NCBI GenBank assembly: GCA_004764695.1
Contig: SMSO01000025.1
Location: 4,752,862-4,816,861, forward strand
From: Schizochytrium sp. TIO01
Lineage: Eukaryota > Protista > Bigyra: Labyrinthulomycetes
DNA: 64,000 nucleotides
Direction of reading: 5' to 3'
Below the pieces are notes generated by a model. It worked only from the letters and a program-made list of their open reading frames with translations, did no database searches and was not told the origin of the DNA. This document shows positions 54,417-64,000 of this stretch, one piece after another (positions within the stretch are counted from its first letter, which is position 1; each line of letters starts with the position of its first letter). Position numbers and translations under genes: made by a program.

Positions 54417-55468
54417 CACTCATGCTAGCTTTGTAGACTTGGACGTAGGTACCCTGTACTAGAACTAGAGTACGAGGTAGGTAGTTAATAGGTTTTACTA
54501 ACACCATTGACTAGCAGCAGTATCTAGCGAGACAAGTCCACTTTTGACTTGCCTTACTTACCAACACTATTGTAGAACGTGATAATCTTTATCATTATCG
54601 CATGAGTGTGTACCTACCTACGAAGGTACCTACCTACCTATCTAATTAATAGACAATTAGTAGATAGATGATACCTAGCTAGGTGTACTTCCCCCAGTGA
54701 CTCGGATCATCTCACGGATTAAGATTGCCAACTTGAAGTGTGTAGATTTGAGTTCATGGTAGGTACCTACCTACCTACTTGAGCAATTGATGTAGTAGGA
54801 ATGAAGTCAGGATGATCCTGCAGCTTAAAAGCTGCTTACGACATGCTGGCTCGGAAAATCTTTGTGTATTAGACGGATCGAGCATTTGGCACATGAGTTT
54901 TACAAGGTGTAAATAGCCAAATGCTGTGCAGGCTAATTTTAAAGATTGGTGCATCGTCTAATGTAAAGTATCGAAAAAGATCGTGGCAGTACCAAGGTAG
55001 GTAGTACCTACCTGCATATTTACCTAAACAAAAGGACAAAGCTTGATTTAGCAGAAGTATTTATCTCTGTGTTTATTGATATGTACCTACCTACCTACCT
55101 ACCTACCCGAGTACCCATTTATGAATCTGATGCACTTTGTCTCTTAGCTTACGAATTTGAATCTTTGGCCAAATATATACAAGCAAAATGCCATCAGTTA
55201 GCAACTACATCTATGCTCCGAGTTCCAGTACATTTCAGTGCAGATTTGGCTGAGATTTGCGATCCTATGCTTGAACCACTTTCCCCACATTCTGCATTGT
55301 GTAGAGCAAATTAGGGTCCAGCTTGTCAAGAAATCAATTACACTAAAAAGTGTTGCGACGTGAAGCGAACTCGTATGCTCGTATAAATCAGATTGAAACA
55401 GCAGCAAATCCAGAAATCAAATTCAATTAAAGGTACATGCATGCGCACAAGATCTCTTTACAAACATT

Positions 55469-56041
55469 ATGAGTAATTACGACGATGACACTGCAGAGAT
55501 GGTTCATGCAGCCGGTGAGGAGACCATCGAACCTACCACGAGGCAGCGCCTCAGTAAACGCAACTCAAAGTCGCGACGCAAGAGTAAGCGCGGGTCTCAA
55601 CCTTCGTTGCAAGACACTGCTAAAGCACTCTTACAGGGTGATCTCGACATCCTGCCTGAATCCTCCTCAGATTGGGCTCCGGGCAAGCGCGGAGCATATT
55701 TGGGACTTGTAATTCATGGCGTTGTAATGCTTTCTGTGATTGCTCTTCTTGTTGGCATTAATGGGATGGTTATGGCTTTTTCCAAACACAAGTATCCATG
55801 GGCTGCATTTCCATCCGTTATTTGGCTGTGCCTTTTCGGGATGCATCTAGGGATTACATGGGGTATTCTTCGAGCTACTGGCTCAGACACAAAAGAAATT
55901 GACAACGCAGCAGCAAAAGTTGGTGCGGTTGTCATAGACCTTGTTGGGAAAATGTCCCAAGGATACAATCCTTTCCCAGCCAAATCTCGCATCGGAAAGA
56001 TGTACCGATACTGGTTCCTACAAGAAGACGAAAGAAATTAG
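55469..56041 (+). CDS. Small membrane protein with 2TM-domain-like hairpin
   Basis: IHGVVMLSVIALLVGIN...YPWAAFPSVIWLCLFGMH matches the H...N...W...W....H pattern of the 2TM domain. Confidence 0.65.
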   Translation: MSNYDDDTAEMVHAAGEETIEPTTRQRLSKRNSKSRRKSKRGSQPSLQDTAKALLQGDLDILPESSSDWAPGKRGAYLGLVIHGVVMLSVIALLVGINGMVMAFSKHKYPWAAFPSVIWLCLFGMHLGITWGILRATGSDTKEIDNAAAKVGAVVIDLVGKMSQGYNPFPAKSRIGKMYRYWFLQEDERN

Positions 56042-56315
56042 CGAAAGACCTCTATATTTTGCTATGGTCTTACTTACGTTCTTATGTGATGTGCTTTCAT
56101 TTATGACAACGGCATTTGAATACATTCCTTCTTCTATGTCCTCATTTTAAACCAAAAGAATATAAACAAAAATAAGAAAGAACAAGAATTATTAACAACC
56201 GATATTTATGTAATATCTGATCAACAATGCTTCTTTCATCTTTAACCTCATAAATTTTGTAAGGCTGGCCAAATGATAGGATCAAAAGGTTTTCATATCG
56301 ACGTTTACTGTATTT

Positions 56316-58274
56316 CTATGACTCATGAAGGATAGTATCATCTTCGTCGAAATCTCCAAATGCTTGAATATATGAGTTATCAATGCTGGCAATAGATGTT
56401 GCAGACCCATTTCGCTGATTGTAACTTGATCGACGACTAGAAAAGAAGCTATCAAACCCGTCTGAGTTGAGCTCAAATGTTTTAGAGTCTTCAAAAATTG
56501 TAGATTCCTCGACGGTGTTCTCAAATTTTGCGCTGGGAATACTGCACTCAGAGAGTGTGTCTGCTGCCGTCTCTTGAATTTCTCTATTTGTACACGAGGC
56601 GTTTTGAATTGATGAGCTAGGGTTAATAGAAATGAAAACTTGGGGAGCATGAAGTGTTGTTATGTTATTCGAGGGTGAAGCACCAAATGCTTGTTCACCA
56701 AATTTGCCGGAATGTATCATGTTTGGAACACAAGTGTTGCTTGTAGAGAAATCCGAGCACGGATGACTTGGCAGTTCGTTTGTATTGTGCTCCACCGATG
56801 ATAATACTTTTCGATCTTCCTCTACACAAGGTTTATGTTGGGAGGATGGCGTATCTAAATGCTGTTTGGAAAACATTGCTATCCTCTGCGCTACTGGTTG
56901 CTCTATCCATAGGGTCCAAGCTCCAGCAAAGCAAAAGAGGAATAGAAGATATGGCATCAGATAACCTGCAATAAGCTTTGCCGGCACAGAAACTGTTCCG
57001 AGATGGGGAATAATTGCGATGGCATCGATGCCTGTATTTTTGTGTTGCCATTCTTCAAACATGAAGAAAATTGTGAATTGGAAGCAGTAAACTGTGAACG
57101 AAAAGACTCCAATTCCTTCAATTGCACGATGCTCAAGTAGACTCGTTATAGAGAAGCCAAGATCTGATCGACCAGAGTTGATTCCATATCCTAAGAGCAA
57201 AACTGCTATCATGGGAGATAAGCCCGAAATCAAGAAGGTTTCTCCGTTCTCCCGAATAAGTGGCTGCTCTACACCATCGGGAAGGCTGTCCAGGGAGGAC
57301 TTCTCAATAGCACATAAGCTTACAAAAAGGCTGAAGGCTAGGACTAAAATATCAGGGAGAAACGCCCAAGTCCTCTTCCAGCTCGTCACACGTGGATCAT
57401 TGACGAGTTCGGCAACAATCACTCCTAACATGAAGTCTCCAATACGGAGTGGTGGGTATTTGTAAATGAACTCGAACTGCTGGTTTGAAATAATGCCATC
57501 TTGCTGTATGTAAAACCATACACAAGGAAACATGCTTAGAGCGTAAAAGACAATGGCTAAGAGAAATTTGGCCCAGATTGCGTTTTTGGTAATACGGTTG
57601 AACTGACGCATGAAAGCATTTAAGAGTGGATACAAAAGCCAAGCGAAGAGTAAAGTAGATATTGTCCATCCTCCTGGGTTTGGGGAATTAGGAAAGTCTC
57701 TTGCAAACTCCTCACGCCATGGTAACTCAAACCAGGATTGGATTAATAAGCATGTGGAGGCTACCGGCAAAGGATACAATGTCGCTAGGGCATCATGCCG
57801 AGTAAAGAGGGGATCGCATAAGCCAAGTAGGCATGAAGCTTCATATGTGAAAACAACACGAGCAACCCGTCGAAGGTAAAATGCGCACCAAGACTGCCAT
57901 GAACTATAGTGCCTGTTTTGGTAGGCATAGTGAGTCATAAACCCACTCAAAACGATATAGATGCCTACCGCGATAAAACCGCGGCTTAGCACGAGAAGAA
58001 AGGTGGTATCTTTGTTATAACGGAAATTTGTATCTTGAAAATGTCCTAAGACAATCCATAAAGTTGCAAAGGTACGGATTCCAGAAATAGTATGAAGCAT
58101 TTTGCGGCGCCTTTTTGACTTGTATAATGCGCTTTTCTTTCTACTCAAGACTGGCACCTCACTGCATTGAGGTAGCTCTAATATCATTTCTGAAGTCATT
58201 CCACCTTCTTTCTTTCCACTAGAAGTACTAACAGCTTCTGCTGTAACATGGGATATCCCTTCTTGAACTTCCAT
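56316..58274 (-). CDS. Acyltransferase family 3 (OafA-like) membrane protein
   Basis: ISGIRTFATLWIVLGH, AVGIYIVLSGF, FYLRRVARV, NPGGWTIS, RIGDFMLG, IGVFSFTVYCFQ, WIEQP. About 10 TM segments. Confidence 0.88.
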   Translation of the reverse strand: MEVQEGISHVTAEAVSTSSGKKEGGMTSEMILELPQCSEVPVLSRKKSALYKSKRRRKMLHTISGIRTFATLWIVLGHFQDTNFRYNKDTTFLLVLSRGFIAVGIYIVLSGFMTHYAYQNRHYSSWQSWCAFYLRRVARVVFTYEASCLLGLCDPLFTRHDALATLYPLPVASTCLLIQSWFELPWREEFARDFPNSPNPGGWTISTLLFAWLLYPLLNAFMRQFNRITKNAIWAKFLLAIVFYALSMFPCVWFYIQQDGIISNQQFEFIYKYPPLRIGDFMLGVIVAELVNDPRVTSWKRTWAFLPDILVLAFSLFVSLCAIEKSSLDSLPDGVEQPLIRENGETFLISGLSPMIAVLLLGYGINSGRSDLGFSITSLLEHRAIEGIGVFSFTVYCFQFTIFFMFEEWQHKNTGIDAIAIIPHLGTVSVPAKLIAGYLMPYLLFLFCFAGAWTLWIEQPVAQRIAMFSKQHLDTPSSQHKPCVEEDRKVLSSVEHNTNELPSHPCSDFSTSNTCVPNMIHSGKFGEQAFGASPSNNITTLHAPQVFISINPSSSIQNASCTNREIQETAADTLSECSIPSAKFENTVEESTIFEDSKTFELNSDGFDSFFSSRRSSYNQRNGSATSIASIDNSYIQAFGDFDEDDTILHES

Positions 58275-59749
58275 CCTGATTTCAGTTGATTCCTTGTCCG
58301 AAAAAGGCAATGGGAGGAGTAAATACCCTAGTCGAAAGTATGTTAATAAACTGAGTTTGTAGGTCTTTGAAAGTTAGGAGTTTGCTTTCACCTGACGGCG
58401 GTTTAAATATACCTACGTATAGAATCGCGTTGGAACTCATTGAGGCAGTTTTTTTATCTACCATAGTGATTGGCTTTGTACAGTGAGATGCAAAAATTAG
58501 GAACAGCACGAGCCAGGTCACCTCAATGCCTGGCGAAAAGTTGTTTGTTTTCTTGTTTTGGCCCCTATCAAGGTGACCGGCAGGTTTATGAGGTGACATA
58601 GATTCGCCTCGGTACAAATGAACTCATTAAGCTGGTTAATGTCCCAACTTTATTATCAATATCTAGGCAAGCCTCCGTCCGCCGGGTGGTGCATAGCTAG
58701 CTCCCATCTATGATATGACCCACAATATTGCAAGTGCTTCAATCTGAGATACCCCACATTTGCACTATGGGTGTGCACAGTGAGATACTTCATGTACAAC
58801 AAATGGTCCACCTCACACCGATGGCTCGCGCGGGAAGGACAAAATATAAAGAACTGCCTCCTTTTAGATAATCGATGTTGTTTATTAGACTAATGAAAGG
58901 CGTTTGCTGTACGTGGGCCAGAAGTAGAAACCCATTCAAAATCCGGTGTATGAATCCCTTTTCTCCATCTCTTTTGTACTAGGCAACTTTTAAAAAAAAA
59001 AAATGAAAAAAAAAAATGGGGGGAAATTTGGGAAAGAAATTTAGTCGATAGCCAAGAAAGAGTACCATTATAAATGTCTCGGTATGGGAACAAATAACAC
59101 CTTGTTTATCGAAAAGTATACAGGTACAACCCTACAAACTAACAAAACTCTCAAGTTTGCAGACATGAATTGAATATGTCACTAAGGCACGAAAGACCTC
59201 CTTTACTTTTTTTTTTTCCCCTTCTTCTTTCAAGTGATGGACACAAACTATTGGTTTATTTTCCTGCAAAACTGATAATAGCTATCAATCAGAATAAAGC
59301 AACATGGGTCAGCCACATAGTTGACTATCCCGAGTAGGTCTCAAAATGATGCCGGAACTTTACATGGGTGAAATATCCGTCATTACTTATCACTTGAAGA
59401 TCGAAAACAGAAACTACATCACTGTAACGTCACCGTTTGCATGTCACCTATCATGGAATGGTTAAACATCCATATGATGTTATCAAGTTGCGGTCTTGCA
59501 GATGCATAAGAGCTGGGGTGGACTCTCGAAGTTAGCTCTTGTTTTAAAGACACCCACAAGGTATTTTGAACTACACATTGTCTTTCGACTTTTTGTGTTA
59601 CGATCTTTGTGTCAACCACAGTCACCATTTAAAGAAATGTGGAAGGATCAATATTAGGAGTAAAAAATAAACTTCAGATGACAAGCTAGTTTGTGAAGAC
59701 GCGCCCGCTACTACAGAGGATTGAAGCCGCAAAAAATTGTCGTGAGTGA

Positions 59750-61555
59750 TTATACCGGGTTGTAATCCTTATCTAGAGCAACAATGCTTGCATTCAGATC
59801 AACATAGTTCCAACGCACAGCACAAAAAATATGCTCAGGAAGTTCGGACTCATGTTTTGCCTCCACCACCCAGGTTGTATCAATAATGAGAGTTGTGCTT
59901 GCTTTGAGAACAGTACTATTCAGAATAGATGCCGTAGTACTGCTACCCACATCATGATCATACTCAAGGTAATTTTTCCCCTCAAAAAAGTGAGTCTTCA
60001 GCTTCTTAGCAATGATGACAGGTCTTTCAGCATTGAGGGACTCAACGGTTTTCCGGAAAGAGGGGGAGCCTCCCCGAATCTTTGCAATTAGTTTTAGCCG
60101 GTCAACCCTCGTACGTTCATTCCCATGAACAAATGAAGAAAATGCACTGCGAACTCCTGGAGACAAGGATTCAATGAGAGCGTCGTTGCGACGGAAAACA
60201 TGCACGACTGCAGTAAACTCCCCAGTCCATACAGACTTAAACACCCAGCTTACTACGAGGAACATCGGAAACTCGCAAACACCAGGTGGATCATGATATT
60301 GCGCAAGGAATGATTTCAAGGTCGCAATCTTGGCAGCAACATGAGTAAGTTGTGACTTACTTTTGTAGGCGTTTGCCCCAGCAATAGTATAGAATGGATG
60401 TTGGGAGCTGATTTTAAGACTACGATTAGAAATTTCAGCTCCACAGAGATAACCTGGACCCCGAACCACAAGATCATCAACATTTGGCTCACTATATGTG
60501 TTGTGCTCCACATTGATATTATTAGGAACTGTATGCGGGTTCTCTATGTCTAAAGGCACCACAATATCTTGCATATTGAGAAAATTGGGAGCTTTTTCCA
60601 TCCATGCATCACCTGGCATGTCACTAGGTAAAGGAGAGCCAAGATCTTCACCATGAACTTCTTTTCCACCCCACTGGACCCCTAAAGGATTGAGATCATC
60701 GTCGAGCTCCACAATAATCTCCTGCAAGTCAGTATAGTACCATCGAATAGAAGCCAGAGGTACGACTTCATGCGTTCGTGCATTTGTTATGATGCTCCAT
60801 GTGGTATCTATTGCGCAGTTCCCAGATGCAGACGTAACGATACCTCTGAGAAATGTAGCAATAGTGCTGCTTCCAATGTCATGGTCAATTTCCAAGTAAC
60901 CTTGTCCACGGTAAACTGAGCTCGACAATCTATTTGTGATATTTACAGGCTGCTGCAACCCAAACACTGCGCTTGCCTGTTGTAAAGTCACAGGAGCATC
61001 TTGAAGTTCAGCACGAAATTCTAGCTTTCTCAAGTCTCCTGTAAGTGTAACGTTCTGCAATTTCTCTAGCGCATCTGGATCTAGTATAGAGACGAATTCG
61101 TCGTCACGTCGAAAAACGTGGATTATGGCATAGTTGTCAGAGGACAAGAGGGGTCTGTAAAACCAAGTAATGACCATAAATTTTGGAAGGTCATAAAGAT
61201 CGTTAACCTCTCTTTCCTTGGAGATGTATTCACGAAGAGATTTAATGGTTACTGCCGCATGTAGAATAGATTGTTGTTTACAATGCACAGCTGTCACACC
61301 ACAAATATTGTATACTGATCTTGCATCCCCGGACCTCCCGTATGCATTTACTGGTACGTTGCTAAGATGTTTTTCCTCTGTTGCATATTGAAAAACAGGT
61401 ATTCCATTAAGTGTCCATGGTCTCTGCGGATCCCCTCCTGCAGCGGCGGCCGCAGCATTTACAGCTAAAGCCCCGCCAGCTTGAGCTTGTTCCTGAAGGG
61501 CAATCTCCTTGCGTCGCCTCCTCGCTCGGGATTCACTTCTACTACACAGAACCAT
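59750..61555 (-). CDS. Protein with two tandem EDR2-C-terminal (DUF1336, START-like) domains
   Basis: Duplicated motifs YRGQGYLEIDHDIGSSTIA...IDTTW...SIRW and FEGKNYLEYDHDVGSSTTA...IDTTWVVEAKHESELPE...AVRW. VVRGPGYL occurs in the second copy. Start is uncertain (ORF open to 61696; an upstream exon is possible). Confidence 0.8.
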   Translation of the reverse strand: MVLCSRSESRARRRRKEIALQEQAQAGGALAVNAAAAAAGGDPQRPWTLNGIPVFQYATEEKHLSNVPVNAYGRSGDARSVYNICGVTAVHCKQQSILHAAVTIKSLREYISKEREVNDLYDLPKFMVITWFYRPLLSSDNYAIIHVFRRDDEFVSILDPDALEKLQNVTLTGDLRKLEFRAELQDAPVTLQQASAVFGLQQPVNITNRLSSSVYRGQGYLEIDHDIGSSTIATFLRGIVTSASGNCAIDTTWSIITNARTHEVVPLASIRWYYTDLQEIIVELDDDLNPLGVQWGGKEVHGEDLGSPLPSDMPGDAWMEKAPNFLNMQDIVVPLDIENPHTVPNNINVEHNTYSEPNVDDLVVRGPGYLCGAEISNRSLKISSQHPFYTIAGANAYKSKSQLTHVAAKIATLKSFLAQYHDPPGVCEFPMFLVVSWVFKSVWTGEFTAVVHVFRRNDALIESLSPGVRSAFSSFVHGNERTRVDRLKLIAKIRGGSPSFRKTVESLNAERPVIIAKKLKTHFFEGKNYLEYDHDVGSSTTASILNSTVLKASTTLIIDTTWVVEAKHESELPEHIFCAVRWNYVDLNASIVALDKDYNPV

Positions 61556-62626
61556 TTTTCTGAATAATGTAGCGCTGCTCCAATTGAGTCCTCCGTTGGG
61601 GACGAGTTGGGATTTTCCTGAGGGTTTGTCTTGCGAAACCCAGTCAAACAATTTGAATGATGAGTTTGCAAGGGCAACAACAACTTTTGCGTTCACTTGG
61701 CAAAATATCTGATAGGTATTTACCTTTTAAACCACGGCCCTCTAGAAAGAAAATATTTAGTGGTGGTCTCGTTGGTAAGTTGCACAAGCTACAGGTGGCG
61801 GTGGATACTACGTAGTAAAGTGGATTGCCCGTGCTCACTGGTGGTATTGCTTCCCCTGGTAAAGCAAAAGAATTTGCGTCAGCAGCGTGCAGCCGCTGAG
61901 CTCGCCAATCTACAAGTTCTACCAGATGCTGCGATGCTCCAGCTCGTGTCCCCTGACTAGCAAGCAATACGTAGAAGTATTTGCAGAGTTATTGTTGTGG
62001 GCTATCCTCAAGTTATTCCGCGTTTGTTGCAAGAACAGCGGAGTGGCCTCTCCCTATCTATGTGCGTGCCCCGCGATCTCTGCGTCTCTAATCCTAGCTA
62101 TTAGCCGGAGTCCGCTGTATGCTGTATGCTGTCTGTTGTCTCTGTTGGTTAATTGATTGATTGATTATTGTGCGCTTCTTTACAATTACGCCAGTCAGCT
62201 GTTTCTTAGTCTCTGCTTATCTGCTATTTTGTTGGCTCGCACGTGCCGCCAGAACTGCCTCTGCGCATTCGCACACATGAGTTCATTACATTACTCTTGA
62301 GAAAGAAAACCAAATTCAAAATTAAATTTTAAAATATTGTTTGTCAATAAATGTGAGATGATATAGCTATATGATGAACATCATGGTGAAATGAAAAAGG
62401 AAGAAAGTGGTCTCACGGAAAGAAAGTTTCTCTCTTTCTTTAAATTCTCAAAATTGCTGAGTAACATAGCACTTAGCTGTGTGTCATTCAGAGAAGACAG
62501 TGCTTTGGGCTTGCATAGTTGGGAGTCCTGTTGATCTCTTTGCTACAGACACAAAGTTCGAGATGGGGCTCTGACTCTGAACTGCGCAAGAAACTTTAAA
62601 AAGGTGCAGACGAAGTGCGGAAAGAG

Positions 62627-62673
<47 letters not shown>
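62627..62673. repeat. (CTTT)n microsatellite
   Basis: Seen directly. Confidence 0.95.
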
Positions 62674-64000
62674 GCGTTTGCCTACCTACCAACTCACTCC
62701 CTAGGTAACTAACTTCTAGAAAGGTATGGATCAACAAGCAAGGTTAGGCGGCCTCATCCTTTCGAATGATAAATCAGGCATAGAGCTTTGTCCGAAAGAA
62801 AAGAGTGGTTTCGTTCACTTGGAACCGAAGAAAAAACCATTTTGTTTGGTGGCTGCTCGTCAGTACACAGGTATATAGGCAGTGCTACTACTCACTTCCG
62901 GCGCGAGATATAGAATAAATTAGAATATTTATTTACTTGACCGTGACCCTAGCGCCAGAATTATATTACGGAACAAAAACTATGCAACGCACATGCCCTT
63001 TCTGCCGATTGTGGTCTTTATGTATACTCAGCTTGAATCTTTTTGACTTTTATAGCCACAAGCTTGCAAATGCTTAAACCTCGAGGGTGCACAAGCTGTT
63101 GGTTTAGCCTTTTCAAAGCAGCTAAAGTGGAAAATCATAATTGTCCTAGGTACTTACTTCATCGCGGTCTTCGGGCTTAGGTGTAAGCTTGAACTACTAC
63201 CTATTAGCTCTGCAAATGACGAGCGAGAGAGCATCCTTGACAAACCAAGCCATAAAAGTACGAAGAAGCAGTGACAACAGATTGAAGCTGCGATCAACCG
63301 CAATCGTCTTCATTTTCATCGTCTTCTACTGAGGAAGATTCATGTTTAACTTCTCTTATTATCTTCTCCGAAACATGCCCATAAAATATAATAGATGGGA
63401 CCGTGACTACCTTTGAGATAAACATTTCTTTAATTTTTTAATTTTTTAAATTTAAATAATAACAATAATGATAAAATTTTGTTCGATGGTACGAATGAAA
63501 AGATCGCACAGGCTAATTACTAACTACCTAGTCTCCCTCCTTCGTGTATGCAGAGGACAAATTTTCGTAACAATGCAAATGGCTGCTAGTATATCTCAAC
63601 GTGTTCTCTTCCTATACCATTCAAACGTGATGCTAACACTAATGCTACATAAATCTGGCAGTCAGTTGCCTTGCGAGTGAAACTTCGCATAAGTGGTGGT
63701 AGTATCACTAATAGCACTTTAATATCCTATCAAGTTACAAAAGGCGACTATACATAGAAGCCTATACACTTTTAAAATATATATTTTGTTATGATAGAAG
63801 AAAATAACTTCTTTTTTTAACAATAGAAATCATTATACAACTTACTTGTGTGTATTCAATTGGCTTATATGCCAGTGGTGTGATATTACTGGCAACGAGA
63901 CAGCCGCCTTCGACCGCCAAAAATTATGCAATCTCAGAACATCGAAGTTCATGCAATCTCTGGCAGTGTCAGTATTATGATTGTCGAGAGGCGTGTGTGT

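Overview
Eukaryotic nuclear DNA, probably a thraustochytrid/labyrinthulean stramenopile. This is an inference from the compact, mostly intronless genes, the microsatellite-rich spacers, and a nucleus-encoded mitochondrial RF2 with an altered stop-recognition loop. About 15 host genes are supportable. From the left end: a secreted Kelch protein (runs off the window), a PTS1-bearing Nudix hydrolase, a kinesin-14 with a NudE-like N-terminus, mtRF2, a frameshift-split BSD/pseudo-peroxidase/YjjX-type ITPase fusion, a SAM-methyltransferase-like protein and a 12-exon LRR receptor-like gene. Further right: an SF2 helicase, a NEK kinase, a TMEM260-like mannosyltransferase, a Tubby-like protein, CCDC93, a 2TM protein, an acyltransferase-3 and a tandem EDR2-C protein. 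An AT-richer decayed island at about 42.6-47.6 kb holds a CRN-like NTPase pseudogene, a RING-CH gene and a frameshifted ORF with portal-protein-like motifs, so it is a candidate endogenous mirusvirus/Duplodnaviria relic. Most notable: (i) that island, (ii) the NudE-kinesin-14 fusion, (iii) the LRR gene built from symmetric phase-2 exons of 69/72 nt, (iv) the SPF-to-SEY change in mtRF2, and (v) a +1 frame break at a UUU_CGA site in the ITPase fusion. All family assignments come from motif recognition by eye; no searches were run.
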